This document shows positions 13,513 through 25,993 of a DNA stretch of 64,000 nucleotides, piece by piece (position 1 is the stretch's first letter; each line of letters begins with the position of its first letter). The translations under genes were made by a program, and so were the position numbers. The notes beneath the pieces are model-generated. The model was not told the DNA's origin, ran no database searches, and worked only from the letters and a program-made list of their open reading frames with translations. The DNA comes from Puccinia triticina. Its lineage: Eukaryota. The stretch lies in assembly GCA_026914245.1 (NCBI GenBank), contig CP110439.1, forward strand, positions 8,122,001-8,186,000, written 5' to 3'.

Positions 13513-14704
13513 CTACATGTGGATAGCTTCCAATGTCGCCTGGAAACGCTCAGCGGCCATATCAAATGCTTCTCTCCATCGTTTATACCAATCCTTCCAA
13601 CGTTGGTTGGAATGTTGATTAGATGTTTCAGAATCTTGACCATCAAGAAAGCTATTGATTATCTTCAATGTCTCTGCCACAGCTGCCTCAATATTTTCCG
13701 CTGGCTCTTGATTGAATGTGTCAGGGTGTGGATCGAATATGCCGATACTCTGGACATAATCATTGATGTCATATGCTAGCATGTGGGTAGACTGCATCAA
13801 AGCGATATGATATCTGCTTGACATTCGCGAGATTGGATGGGCTTCGCTGTTCGTTGGCTTGGACATTTTGTTGAGAAGGAGCCGCGACAGCTTGATCATT
13901 AAAATTGCCTCGCGATATAGTTGTTGAATTCGCACTGCTTGGGGACTATTCGCTTCTTGAGTGAGAGCCTCGGCCGTGTAGCTGAGTGTCTCGTCCATTT
14001 TGCTGACCAAAGATTGCCACATTGATTGGAACGTCCGAATCTCCGTCCGAGAAAACTGGTCCACAGCTACTTCTATGCATTGTCCCACATACCGAACGCT
14101 TGACTTCAATGAATTTCTGATTTCGATCTGGTTTTTCGAATCTTCAGATAGTGGCAGCCTGATGTAATATAAGGAGAAGTGCCTTGCCAGTTGTTTGAAA
14201 ACGGCCAATACCTTCTCTTTCACTGAAGATGAAAAACCGGACATCGTAGAAGAATCTTTATTGCTTGAAATGTGAAGCGGCTGCGTCGGAGTCCATATCG
14301 GGGCTGTTATCAAAGCATTTATTTGATCAAGGATAGTATCAATTTGGAACAGGGTTTGACAAATGGACCAGAGCTGGTATATTGGGTCTCTGGATAGGAG
14401 AAAGGGATGGCAGAACACGTCTGCAGTTTCGTAGATGCGTCCTTTGAGGGATATCAGAAATAATACTAGAACTTGGTTGAACTGTCCATGGGAAATGTGC
14501 GTATAGGCTCTCCTGAGCTGGCCGTCTTGATCCAATCCAACAGCGTAATTTTGCGCTTTCGAAACCAACCGTTGAAAGCTCGCGAGGACAAATTCTAATT
14601 ATAAGAGGAAACGCATAATGAGAATGGCTTTTAATGAATTTTGTTTTTGCTAACTTGATGGACTGACCCTCGTAATAATCTAATGCCTGATTTTGCTGTG
14701 CCAT
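13513..14704 (-). CDS. Hypothetical helical protein, about 372 aa, exons 14704-14668 and 14594-13513; paralog of 29521-30890
   Basis: 351-aa ORF extended by a phase-1 GTCAG..TAG intron. Motifs IKLSRLLLNKMSK, HPISRM and WYKRWREAF..RFQAT are shared with the paralog. Confidence 0.8.
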
Positions 14705-15959
14705 CGTGTTCAAATTATCTTCAAAATCTGTTGAGATAATCCCGGCGGATATGCTTCTCAAGGGTATAGGTAGCACAATCTGGATAGGTGATGCCGGAGT
14801 TGAACTTGAAGGTTGGGAAGTTTTGCTGGACTCTTTCGGTCTTGAATCGATTAGATGACTTTCAGCACTGCGCGGCTTCTTCGGGATGCACAAAATTGGG
14901 CAAAGGGTCCAGTGATGAAGCAAATATGCCTTGAAGCTGGAGAGAGTGTGTGTTGTTCGAAAAGCAGGAGGTAGGAAAAACCTGAGAGGAAGTTCTGATT
15001 CAGGTGCGAAGAGGTACTCCAGAGATAGTAATGGACAAAGGGCCAAGACACCAGCGTTTATATGCGAGAGTCCCGAGAAGTTGAAGGTACGAAGAGGCCC
15101 CCAGACATGCTCAGCCTCACCATAAACAAATTGTTCCGCGCTCACTTCAATTATGCAGGCCACGCTTGTAACCAAAATGAGTAGAAGGACATCCTGAGGG
15201 AAAGACCTGGAAAGGTCTGGTCATCATATCACCGACACTCATTCAAGTCACACGGAACCATTCATTTCTACCAACAGTTGGTCATCTAATTTTCAATTAA
15301 GATTGGTGCCCCCTGTATTTTATACAGGCAGCAACCAGGGCTATAGAGGGCTGAGAATAATAACCCGAATTCAAACTTTCCTAAACAAATATCTATCAAA
15401 AACCCTTAAAACGCATGGGAGGAACTTTTTAAGGTTATTCGGAGCCAACGCGGGCACCTGCGCGCACCTAAGTGGGGACGTGACGAGCGAGGCGACCTAA
15501 GGGAACAATCCAGACCACCTTCGGAGTCGAAAGACTGGTCAAAGGCCATGTGACTTATACATGCGCAACAAAGGAGAGGATAAGCAGTTGTTCGAAGCAA
15601 CACCAATTTGGATATTAAAAGAGTGTATAGGCGGAGCCGGTAGGATTGACATGCAAATTTTGAGACACCAATCCCAAAATCTGAGCAGAGTGACAGGTTG
15701 AAGCAGTCACCTCCGGAGATGGTTTTAATCTATTTGGGGGGTTCAAAATTGAAATTTGTACAACTTTAGAACCCGTTTTAAAGTGTTTATGAACATTTTT
15801 TTGTTTGAAATTTGACAAGTTGTACGGAGTGATCAGCAAAACACAATCATCATGTCCTGTACAGTTTGCCAGAATTTTAAAATTATGGTCATACCAATCA
15901 GAAGGTCAAAAAAGGGTGGCAACGGAGCAGTTGCATGTGAAATAGTTATCTAGAATTAG

Positions 15960-16159
15960 CACTGCAATAAATACAATACATGCAGTGTATAATGTAAATG
16001 TTTTTAATTATAGATGCATACCTACCTGTCCAATTTTTTATTTTTAGCCACCATCTGTATGATAATGGCTAAAAACTAAAAATTGTAAATCTGGTATGCA
16101 TCTTCAATGAAGTACATTTACCATATAGTTACACTCCATGCATTGTGTTTGTTGCAGTG
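15960..16159. mobile_element. Foldback MITE with CACTG..CAGTG ends
   Basis: ~30-bp terminal inverted arms plus internal symmetry; no clean TSD. Confidence 0.55.
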
Positions 16160-16215
16160 TTGCTACAGGGATTAGCGGTAAAAAATAATTAAGAAAATGG
16201 TAAAAGGGAAACTTA

Positions 16216-16601
16216 GGCCCCGTTTGGAGCCAATATAAATATAGGTGATATGATCATTTGTAAATTCAATAAAAAATACAAAACTCAACATAAAGAATCC
16301 GATTTTTTTTTGTAGGAAACCTACAGTACTGGTCTCATCAACTATGAAGTCAGATTTAACTGATTCAGCCATCTTCAGCACCATAATACCATTATATTGC
16401 TTTGTTTTGGTCAAAAGCGATATAATGGTACTACAGTACTGAATATGGCTGAATCAGTTGAATCTGACTTCATAATTGAAGAGACCAGTATTGTAGGTTG
16501 CCTAGAAGAAATATTTGGAGGCTTTATGTTGCATTTTGTAGTTTTCATTGAATTAACCAATGATTATATCACCTATATTTATATTGGCTCCAAACAAAGC
16601 C
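16216..16601. mobile_element. PIF/Harbinger (Tourist-like) MITE forming an almost complete 386-bp hairpin; TSD TTA
   Basis: ggccccgtttggagcc / ggctccaaacaaagcc termini, ~180-bp inverted arms, TTA on both sides. Confidence 0.85.
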
Positions 16602-16671
16602 TTATTTTGGTTCATAATGCAGTTGAAGTAACAGAGATGTAGCAAATATGTCCATACACAAGTGCTATAGT

Positions 16672-17223
16672 GGATGACTTCCCATCAAGATCTGTGGGCC
16701 TGCCAGAGGTGATCTGGAGCCCAAAAAGCTAGATTTCCCTGTGAAAGGCTAGACTTTTTGCGTCTAAACTCAGGGTGTAAACGGGTTGGGTTTGGGTCAA
16801 AAAACAGCGCCCAAACCCAACCCAACATTTAGCGCGGGTTGGGTTGGGTTGGGACAGATTTTAAAATATGCTGCCCAAACCCGACCCAATGTCATACTAT
16901 TTTGGGTCGGGTCCGGGTCAGGTCGGTTTGGGTCTTGGGTCAACCCAATCTCATAGGCGCCAAAAGCCCCCAACTTGACTGTTGGAGGCGTCATAGTCGG
17001 GTCGCAGGCTGACCCAATTGGGAAATAGGCTGCCCAAACCCAACCCGACAATTTTACAAGTCCGGTTGGGTTGGGTTTGGGTCATGTCATTTTCTTCAAG
17101 AATGTGCCCAAACCCAACCCAAAACCCAACAGGTCTCAGGTTGGTTTTGGGTCGGCCCGACCATTTACATCCTGAGTCTAAACCAACATTTTTGGGAGTC
17201 CCAGATTGCACAGGAAGTCATCC
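16672..17223. mobile_element. Second copy of the 2750-2887 MITE (TSD AGT), interrupted by a hAT MITE
   Basis: Both halves align to 2750-2887. Confidence 0.8.
16770..17175. mobile_element. hAT-type MITE with 8-bp TSD GTCTAAAC and GGGTT/AACCC subterminal repeats
   Basis: TIR tcagggtgtaaa / tttacatcctga; perfect TSD, single copy of it in the empty site at ~2840. Confidence 0.88.
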
Positions 17224-17616
17224 AGTCCTTGCAGGCATTGAGCCAGTTCAGATATGGTTCTGTTAGAAATTGAGTGAAACAGCACAACTGAAAATAAGTG
17301 ATTGAACAGAGTTGTGAGGCAAGGTAATGCTAAGAGCTGGACTCTTCTGGCAACACCTGCTGATGGAGAGTATAAGGGGTGCTATCTAGAAGATAGTAGG
17401 TGTTTTATTTCAAAGAAATAAAAAGAAAAGGACAAAAAAGAGGGGCCCAACGGAGTGGGGGAGGTTTTGGTCCCTCTGAAATGGAGCTGGGGCCTGCAGA
17501 GCAGGGGTGGTTGATATCCTAGGAAGTGGAGGATATGACAAGTGGGTTGAATCAGGGAAAGGGAGTAACTTATTTGTATAAGTATCTTCAGATGCTGCAA
17601 CTAGCTCGGTGCAAGA

Positions 17617-17699
17617 TGTTGAACTTGTGAAAATTATGGTCCAAGTGAAGTGGGTATTGAACCCACAACCTTGTGTACTGTGAGAGTCAAACTCACATA

Positions 17700-17741
<42 letters not shown>

Positions 17742-17791
17742 ACATTGCATGGAAATGAGTTTGAGGTGATGACACATATAATATGCAATGT

Positions 17792-17833
<42 letters not shown>

Positions 17834-17916
17834 TATGTGAGTTCAACTCTCACAGTACATGAGGTTGTGGGTTCAATACCCACTTCACTCGGACCATACT
17901 TTTCACAAGTTCAATA
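17617..17916. mobile_element. 300-bp foldback element made of two inverted tRNA-derived units; TG..TA ends; 5-bp TSD CAAGA
   Basis: ~135-bp near-perfect inverted arms. A-box TAGCTCAATGG, two T-arms and CCA in each arm. CAAGA at 17612-17616 and 17917-17921. Confidence 0.8.
17790..17895 (+). pseudogene. tRNA-like sequence: cloverleaf with degenerate anticodon arm, then a second T-arm and CCA; mirror copy on the minus strand at ~17637-17743
   Basis: Acceptor gtgtact/agtacat; D stem gctc/gagc; T stems gtgag-ttcaact-ctcac and gtggg-ttcaata-cccac. Confidence 0.7.
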
Positions 17917-19384
17917 CAAGAGAATACAATTGGGCTTGATACAACGAGTCAAAGAGAGTCTTGAAGAGTTTCAAAAGACAAAGGAGTTCAGGTTCTTGAT
18001 TTGGTGTAAAAAGCAGGGGATACCAACCTCCTTTTATCTTCTAGCTTCCTCCTTGTTATGACCGTGGAGTCATTTTTTAAGCCATTCTGAGGGAGTTGCA
18101 CTTTGTTGGAGATGGTTGGAAATATGCCACTGTCTCCGATCTTGGGAATTAAAGTCATTTTATCCTTTAGGTGACATATTTGTAAAAGAAGGCTGACACC
18201 CACTGTTGTTGCGGCAAAAGGATTCTTGCTCCTTTGGTAATAATATCTCTTTTGTTCATGTAATAATGGTTTTATTGTCATGATGGCTTGTGAAGCGTAG
18301 CAAGCTGACAAGAGTGGAGGAGGCAGGTGTTGGATAAAGCCCCTGTCACTGTCAGGCAACCCTTAAGGTACAGACCAGTTTGTTGAGCCCTTATACTGCT
18401 GACAACGCACAAGGACTTACCAGTCCCACTGCACAAATAGTTAAATCTAAAGAGAAGGCCTGAACCTGATTAGCCAGTGAAAATTAATGTAGGGCTTGAG
18501 GGCTTCCTGTGGGATAAAATTCTTGATCTAGAGGGAAATTGTAAAACTTATTGGCTGGTAAAAATCAATTGAGATCAAGTTTTCACCAGCAAATAAGATT
18601 TAAAACCTCCCACTAAATCAAAACATATAGGTGACAGAAATTCCTGTTGAGGTTGTATGGTGTTTTCTGTCTCTTTCCTCATGTTTCTCTGCTTCAAACC
18701 TATCATGTACATATAACAGTCCGTGACATCTCCATGTTGTAGTCACCTGGAGCAGCAGACGTGGAAGGCTCTTTCCTCATCCTTCCACAAACATCATCTC
18801 TGCTTTCTGCTGTTCCAGGTGAGTTTCTTCATTGTTTCTTTCTTCTCTGTTTCTTTTCTTCTTTCCTCTGATGCAATGATAAATCATCTTTCCACAAACA
18901 TCATCTCTGCTTTCTGTTGTTCCAGATTTATCACTGCAACAATTCCTTCACTTCTTTTTGACTAAATGACTTAAGTTAGAGGGGGGCTCTAAAGCTTGTT
19001 TTCTGGTGATAATGAATTGATCTAAATCAGTTTGCATCAGCCAGTGTATACCTTTCCGTTCAGATAAATCAATCATTTTAGCCAAAAGGAAGTCCTTCAA
19101 TCAGCATTTATTTTTCACCCCCAAATAAGGTTTAGGGCCTTTCTCTATATGACACCATTAAGGGAACCAAACTTTCAGCCTTAGAGCCTGTGCAGCTGGC
19201 CTGAAGTCTGCCTTTTCTACTTTCTTATATCTCAATTACCTTGTATTTTTTTTGCCTTAAGGTTTTGTCTTCTTTTGATTTCAGACTCTTTTTCCCCATG
19301 AAATTTCAACCCTAGTGTCAACTGGCCACTTTTCAATAGCTCAACTCCTTCATAGAGTTCTTGAGTTCTGACAAGCATGCACAG

Positions 19385-19865
19385 CAGTGATGTGTAAGCG
19401 CTGCCAGGCACCCCTAAACACATGTAAATATGTGATTATGTCAGCCAAACTTCAAATACCTTGAAGTCAGGACCCCTACATGAAGCTGGAGGATACACAG
19501 ACTTCAGATAACCAGAACCACCCCCAGAGACACCCCAGTATCACCAACCAAAGGCCACCACACTCCCAGTATCACCACCGGGAGTATTGACAATTATTAC
19601 CCTTTTTCACTGAAAATTGAGTATCTTGGAGGAACACCTCTCTGTCTCTTGACTGATTTATCTCCTTTTTTGATTTTTCTCTTTTCTTTTGATCACAGGT
19701 CTACATTTATCCAGATCTCTTACCAAAGTACCCCTCTGATTGAACACCCTTCTTTTTCTGTAGTTTTTTTAAGAAACAAACCACATAGGTTTCCCTTTAA
19801 AGAACCTTGACTATCATCTACCTAATCTCAAAAATTGTGGCTAATTAGACTTGTCTAATTCAGAG
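19385..19865 (+). repeat. Degenerate copy of the 6709-7240 repeat
   Basis: Colinear shared blocks. Confidence 0.55.
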
Positions 19866-20098
19866 TCTTTTCATGTTTCATTGTGAGCAGAGGCTGTCTG
19901 CCTCTGCTGGGATATTCAAGGTTCAGACTCCACCTCCTCCAATTCAGGATCCAGCTTCATTAAATTATTTTGTTTCTTTTCTCTTTTTCTTTCTTTTACT
20001 CCTGTGTTTTCTTCTATCTTTGACATGCAGACTACCTCAGCTTTGGGAGTTCTGTTCTCTGGTTGTTGTTTGGTTGCAGAGTGTTGCACAGCTGTTTT

Positions 20099-20412
20099 TC
20101 AGGGTGTAAACGGGTTGGGTTTGGGTAGAAAAACAGTGCCCAAACCCAACCCAACATTCAGTGTGAGATTTTAAAATATGCTGCCCAAACCCAAACCCAA
20201 CATCATGCTATTTTGGGTTGGGTTAGTTTGGGTCTTGGGTTGACCCAACCTATTAGATGCCAAAAACCCCCAACTTGACTTTTGGAGGCTTCATAGTCAT
20301 TTCGCAGGCTGACCCAATTAGAAAATAAGCTTCCCAAACCCAACCCAAAAATTTTACTAGTTGGGTTGGGTTGGGTTTGGGTCATGTGATTTTCTCCCAA
20401 TTTACACCCTGA
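20099..20412. mobile_element. Internally deleted copy of the 16770-17175 hAT MITE
   Basis: TIR tcagggtgtaaa / tttacaccctga and colinear identity; no TSD seen. Confidence 0.8.
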
Positions 20413-21045
20413 TTTGTTGTGTTGATTGTTCTGGCGGTTTTCCAAATTTTGTTGTTGTCTTAGAGGCAGATGTACGTCAGGCACACACCGCTCACCCTAG
20501 ACTATATTTCAAGCTCCACCTGAGCTTGGACAAGTCCCCCATGCAATTTCCATCCTGATCAAAGGAGGATACCATCACTTTTTTGATCCTGATCCTGATT
20601 CTTTCTGAGTTACGCCACAGTTTTTGATCATATTCCCTGATTCCTTTCCGCATTCCTGCCCTCTGCCTCTGCAATTTTCATAGTTTTGAACCTTGTGCAT
20701 CCCACCTCTGCCTCTCTGAAACCGTTTGTTGGACCTATTTCCTCTGAATATTATTCCTACAACTCCACCAAGGGTATCCATTCCCTCAGTCTCTGGATAA
20801 ATCCACCCCCGACCCCGCTATCAGTGTTTTTATCCTGTTTCTGCTTGATATTTAACAGATTGCCACAAGGGCAGCTTCATAACACTTTGCCCTCACTGTT
20901 CTGCCTAAGGTCTGGCACTGTAGGAGCTCCATAATGTTCACACTTTTTGCAGCACTTTCTGTCCAGTCTTCCACTCTAACACCCTCGGTTAAACCTAACC
21001 ATAAAAAATTGGTACATGGGGTGTGTTACCTCTGGGGTGCAATTA

Positions 21046-21214
21046 TGGTGTTCAAAGTTGGTTTGCATAATTTTATGCATGCATAAATCATAAAATCTTT
21101 TTTGCAGGGGATATGACTGTCTGATTATGTAATACAAAATTTCCTCACCAAAATGTTTTTATGTTTTTATGATTTATGCATGCATAAAATTATGCATACC
21201 AACTTTGAACACCA
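21046..21214. mobile_element. Tc1/mariner-type MITE with TA TSD
   Basis: ~50-bp TIR tggtgttcaaagttgg..cataaaa, flanked by TA. Confidence 0.7.
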
Positions 21215-21529
21215 TAAATGTTACATGCCGGGATACATGTTGAATATTGCATGTGTACATGTGTTACATTGTGTGTGTACATGTTGCTTACGGGTTGCAT
21301 GGTGCTTGTTCATGAAACAGGTCGTGTGTACATGTTACATTTCACAAATGGGTTACACTGTTTGTAAACTTCCTGCATGGGGGTTACATGGTGCAGGACA
21401 TTCATGCGGGTACTTGTGGTTTACATGCTGCAAGAACATCTTACATGGGGGTTGTGGGTTGCAGAAACATGTTACATGGGGATTGTGTGCTGCAGGAAAA
21501 CTTTAAATTTGCACAAGCTTGATACATAG

Positions 21530-21850
21530 ATTACTTGTTGTAAATTTTGCATGGGGTTACTTGGTGTGTATCTGCGCAAATATGTTGTACAGGGGTTACA
21601 TGTTGCAAAACAATTTATGTAATATGGTGGTAAATTTTACAAATTTACATGGTGTTACTTGTTGCTGAAATATTTATGTGGTGCTTATATGCCGAAATAT
21701 GTTTCACAGGGGGTACATGTTGCATAACAATTTATGTAATATGGTTGTAAATCTCACAAATTTACATGGTGTTACTTGTTGCTGAAATATTTATGCCGTG
21801 TTTATATGCGGAAATATGTTGTACAGAGGTTACATGTTGCATAACAATTT
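21530..21850. repeat. Tandem repeat, ~117-bp period, in a TTACATG-rich region
   Basis: tgttgca(a/t)aacaat recurs at ~21601, ~21718 and ~21835. Confidence 0.75.
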
Positions 21851-24539
21851 TATACAGGAGTTGGTTGCAGTGCCCGCAGACGGCTCCCAAAGAGGTCCTC
21901 TGCAAAGGGCCAATTAGGCGGTAACTCACTTTTACCTTTTCAAACAAATATTCAAAAAATTATATACATGACTCTGCAAAAAAACATAGTTGGGAGAACA
22001 ACTCCCAAAACTGGTTCCAGCAACATAGATCCAGAAATGGGAGTTGTTTTTTCAAAATTTGGGAGGTGTTTTTCCAAGACTCTATTTAAATTTGACATGT
22101 GCTCTGATTATTAAGGTTGAATCTGGTTTGCCCCAATTAGAGACCGCCAAGAAATATGGGGGTGGTCTTGAATGATAGTGCTTTTAGATTGGCCAGCATT
22201 GATGTATCTGGGAGGAAGTGCTATGTAAGGTCTTGTTTTTTTGATTGGATGATGAAGGAGGGGCTGACTAGATTTGGTTGTTGTTGTCAAGCTCAAAGAT
22301 GGAGATGATGGCTTGGAGCATGCCCATCTGGCTGGTGATATTGACATCCTGGAGGTTTTTGTCCTCCTTTTTTGCTCAACCAAATGGGCTTTCCCACATT
22401 GCTGAGGATGTGGTATTTCCTGGGTTGGGCTGGTGCTGATGCTCATTTCTGTTCTTATGCTTGTGGGGTGTCACCAGGGGAGATATGTTCCCACTCCCCA
22501 GGGAGTGCCAGAGCTGAATTTGATGTGAGTTTTGGTCGGATGTGAGCCTGATGTGCATCATTAACTCATCCCTAAATGAATTGAAGTGGATGCAGAAGTG
22601 AGTCAAAAGTCAGTCAGAATTGATTTGGGAGTCAACACAATGTGGTGTAGAATTCTTTTGTTTTCTAGGTACAACTAGAGGAAAAAATATGATGAAATGA
22701 TATTTCACCCCAGTCCAACTCATCAATTGCTCCTGTTTGATGATGTCAAAGGATAGGAAAGCAAAATTGCCATTCTTGAATGTAATTCCTGTAAAAAAAA
22801 TGAGTTTCTTGTAATTCACATTATATGCCCTCATGTACAAAAATCAAAGTAAAAGTCAACTTGGTATTATTGGGTTTAGAGTTTTGGAATGTGGTAATGT
22901 TGCAGTAAAATTAGTGAAACCCATTTTCTTGGGAATGCTGTAATTAATTTGAATTTGGCTAAAAAAATGGTGATAAACTATTGTATTGGGGTGAAAGTCT
23001 GAGGTAAGTCAAGGTTGGATTGCAGTTCCACCCCAGTTTGGCCACATATCCTGGCCTCTTCTTTTTTGCACTTTGCTAATAGTCACCCTAATGTACGCGC
23101 GTACATTGAGTTGGAAATATCACAGGATGGGCCTTTCACAGCCACATCCAAGTATATTAAAGTCTCAGGTTTGTAGAAAAAAAATTCAAGGGTTCCCCCT
23201 ACAACTTGGCAAAATACAAAAAAAAAAATCAAAGGTTTTGCCTCCTACAAAACATGGGACACCAGGGCATGAGGGGACAACACAAATAATAAATACAAAA
23301 AAAAATGGACACAAACAAATCCCGCTCCCTGCCACCCAGCGCAGCAAGCTGGCGCATCATGGCCCAACGCCCATTCCTGTCTAGCAGGGTTAAAAAGCGT
23401 TGGGAAGAGGACCCCCAGCCCAAAAGCACAGGGGGGTCCCCAAATATCCTCCGCCGGACTGCGCAATTGCAACAGCGGACGGGGGTGAGGTGACCACCTG
23501 ACTGGAAATACAGCCCGGCAGGTCGCCTGAAGCTAAATCCCTCCCACCCCCCCCCCCCCCTTTTATACCCGACATTCACCAAACCCCCACTCTCATTATC
23601 TCATCATACACGACACCGCCCGCCGCCCAACGACCGCCGCCCCACCAACCGCACCACGCCACAGCTCTTCGCCCGAGTATCAGACCCATAAAACTCCCCG
23701 CCACGCCCCCTCGCCTTCACAATTGCCTACGAGACGCCCGCGGCCAGAACTACCGTCGAGACGCCCCCAACACCAACTACACACCCGGGCGAATCGGGAC
23801 AAGCCCCTGCGCCCACCTGACGCAGGAGTCATACATGCGCCAGGTGGGCGTTACAGGACGCCAGCGTGACCATGAGTCACGCTGGCGCCACCGTCATACA
23901 CGGCGGGCCGCCCGAGCCTAGAGGGCGTCAGGTCAACCGTGATATTGACAGGTGCCGCTGAGGGCGTGGGCCAGGCGCCTCCCCGGGTGGCCAGCCATGC
24001 GTCATGGTTGAGCTGGCGTCAGGCTGTGCCGCGAACTGGGGTCGGCAGCCGATTGCACAGCTCATCCTGACGCCGGCTGGGACCCGCAGCGAGCAGGCGT
24101 CCGCATGTTGCCCGCCGGCCTGGTTTGCCGCTTGGGCGCCTCGAGGGGGCGTCAGGCCGGGTGGCTCGTTGGGTTGCGACCTCTGGCCGGTCAAGGGGCG
24201 ATATGATGGGGGATCGGCATGATCTCCTCATATGCCCCTATCCGCCTGCCAACGACCACCCGTCATTGTTTCAGACGACAGCGACCTCAAACGTGCAACA
24301 TGCACATACATACAAAACAGGGTCGTGTCACACCCCAGCCCCGCCCCCAAGAGTGCACTTGGGTCGGTTACCTCGGTTCCCCGCCTGGGGGGGAAGAGGG
24401 TTGGAGAAGAAATAGACCGGTAGAGAAGAGGCCTTTGGCGGCGCGGAGGAGGACGATAGGGCCGAGCAGGGACAGCAAGGCGGCCGGAGGGAGCCATCGC
24501 TCGGCGGTCATGGTTGTCAACCTCTGCGGCGCCCCGTCC

Positions 24540-25068
24540 TGTAAGACAAAAAGTCTTTGAGGATGGTGGGCACGTTAGATCACAAGCTTCTATGGAGCGG
24601 TGAGCTAAGGGCACAACAGACAAACCTTTGAGGATGGTGGGCACGTTAGATCACAAGCTTCTACGGAGCGGTGAGCTAAGGGCACGACAGACAAACCTAA
24701 GGCGCAAAGCCGATACGAGCACGGTGAGTATAGTGACAAAGTTGGTGAGTTGATATTACTTGCACACCTTTGAGAATGGTGGGCACGTCAGATCACAAGC
24801 TTCTACGGAGCGGTGAGCTAAGGGCACAACAGACAAACCTAAGAGAGTGGGCAGGAATGAGAACGTGAGAAACATCGGTGAGAAGATAAGAGACGGACCT
24901 AAGGCGCAAAGCCGATACGAGCACGGTGAGTATAGTGACAAAGTTGGTGAGTTAAAGAAACAGGATTGCGGGGACAAGATCGGGATTTAACTAGACAACT
25001 AGGTTTACTATATTACATGTGCTGCAGAGATGGTTTGCAACTATCACTAAAACATTACATGTTCAATA
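24540..25068. mobile_element. Solo LTR (529 bp) with internal 71-bp and ~54-bp direct repeats; 5-bp TSD CGTCC
   Basis: TGTAAG..TTCAATA ends; CGTCC on both sides; AT-richer than its GC-rich host. Confidence 0.7.
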
Positions 25069-25960
25069 CGTCCGCGCCCGGCTCGTTGTCCCCCATCGCC
25101 CCCACATCAGCCGCTGCCGCTGGTGCGCGACCGGCTGTTCAATGTCGTGGACGGGGACCGTCAAAAGCCGCAGCGCAAGGAGATACGTCACCATCTCTTG
25201 GCTTCCGTCTATCTTCCGTTGCGTTGGCCTCTTGCCAATCTCTCAATGACTCCTTCTGGCGAGCAAGCCCCTCTCCCAGTTGGGCCCCCAAAGCCAGCCC
25301 CCGCGTCTCTCTCCCTTCCCTCCGTGATCACCCCCCACCTTGCAGCAATGCCGAAGAATTGCAGCACAATCCCATCATCCATAGCTATCAAATATCAATA
25401 TTTAAGAAAATGAAATAGAATAAATATAAATCAATAGCCTGTGAATCATAAAGAAAAATTACAAGTCTTTTGGTAGTTTAAGAACTACTGTTATTTAATT
25501 TAGCACAACTTACCTAAGAGGATAGCAGTCAGGATAAAGCATGAATTTTCTGCAAACCAGCAAAACTTTATGTGAAGTTGGAATATACATATCTCAGCAG
25601 CTGAGAAAAAATAAGCTACCAACACATAATTTAATCCTGATAAGCCCTCATGTCATGCATAGCTGGATGAAAACTACTTGTAGATTAAGAGTTGATGACA
25701 GTAGGAAGTTCCCAGAGACTAATCTAAAAGGATTAAAAGACATCAAGAGCCTAAATGGAGACATTTATTTTTATTGAACTTGGTTTAAGTAGGTGGGTGG
25801 AGAGGAGGGCTTTCCCCAGGGAGGAAAACCAAAGGAGTTGTCTAAAGAAATAATGGGAAGTCTTTGTGAGAGATTTCAGGTAGGCATGGGCCAGAATGTG
25901 AGCTGTGAAATCTGGCTAGAAGGGGGGATTCAAAACAGGACTGAAGGAACTAAACATAAG

Positions 25961-25993
25961 ATCTGCAGCGGCAAAGCCGCCTTGGCCTCTAGT
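25961..25993 (+). mobile_element. Putative Helitron 3' terminus
   Basis: Hairpin gcggc-aaa-gccgc, 8 nt spacer, then CTAG followed by T. Confidence 0.45.

Larger units (their letters stand above)
17263..18500 (-). pseudogene. Possible highly degenerate LINE-like fragment hosting the tRNA foldback element
   Basis: Broken frames; a GCLTVTGAL segment resembles the post-RT region of fungal LINEs; CpG-depleted. Confidence 0.3.

Noticed and set aside
14339..15175. 278-aa ORF as a separate gene
   Set aside because: Overlaps the 5' region, first exon and intron of the 14704 gene; non-ATG start.
16770..17175. Telomeric repeats
   Set aside because: The GGGTT motifs are subterminal repeats of a hAT MITE, not tandem TTAGGG.
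17790..17895. Functional tRNA gene
   Set aside because: Anticodon arm does not pair well, there is an extra T-arm, and it lies in a TSD-flanked inverted repeat.
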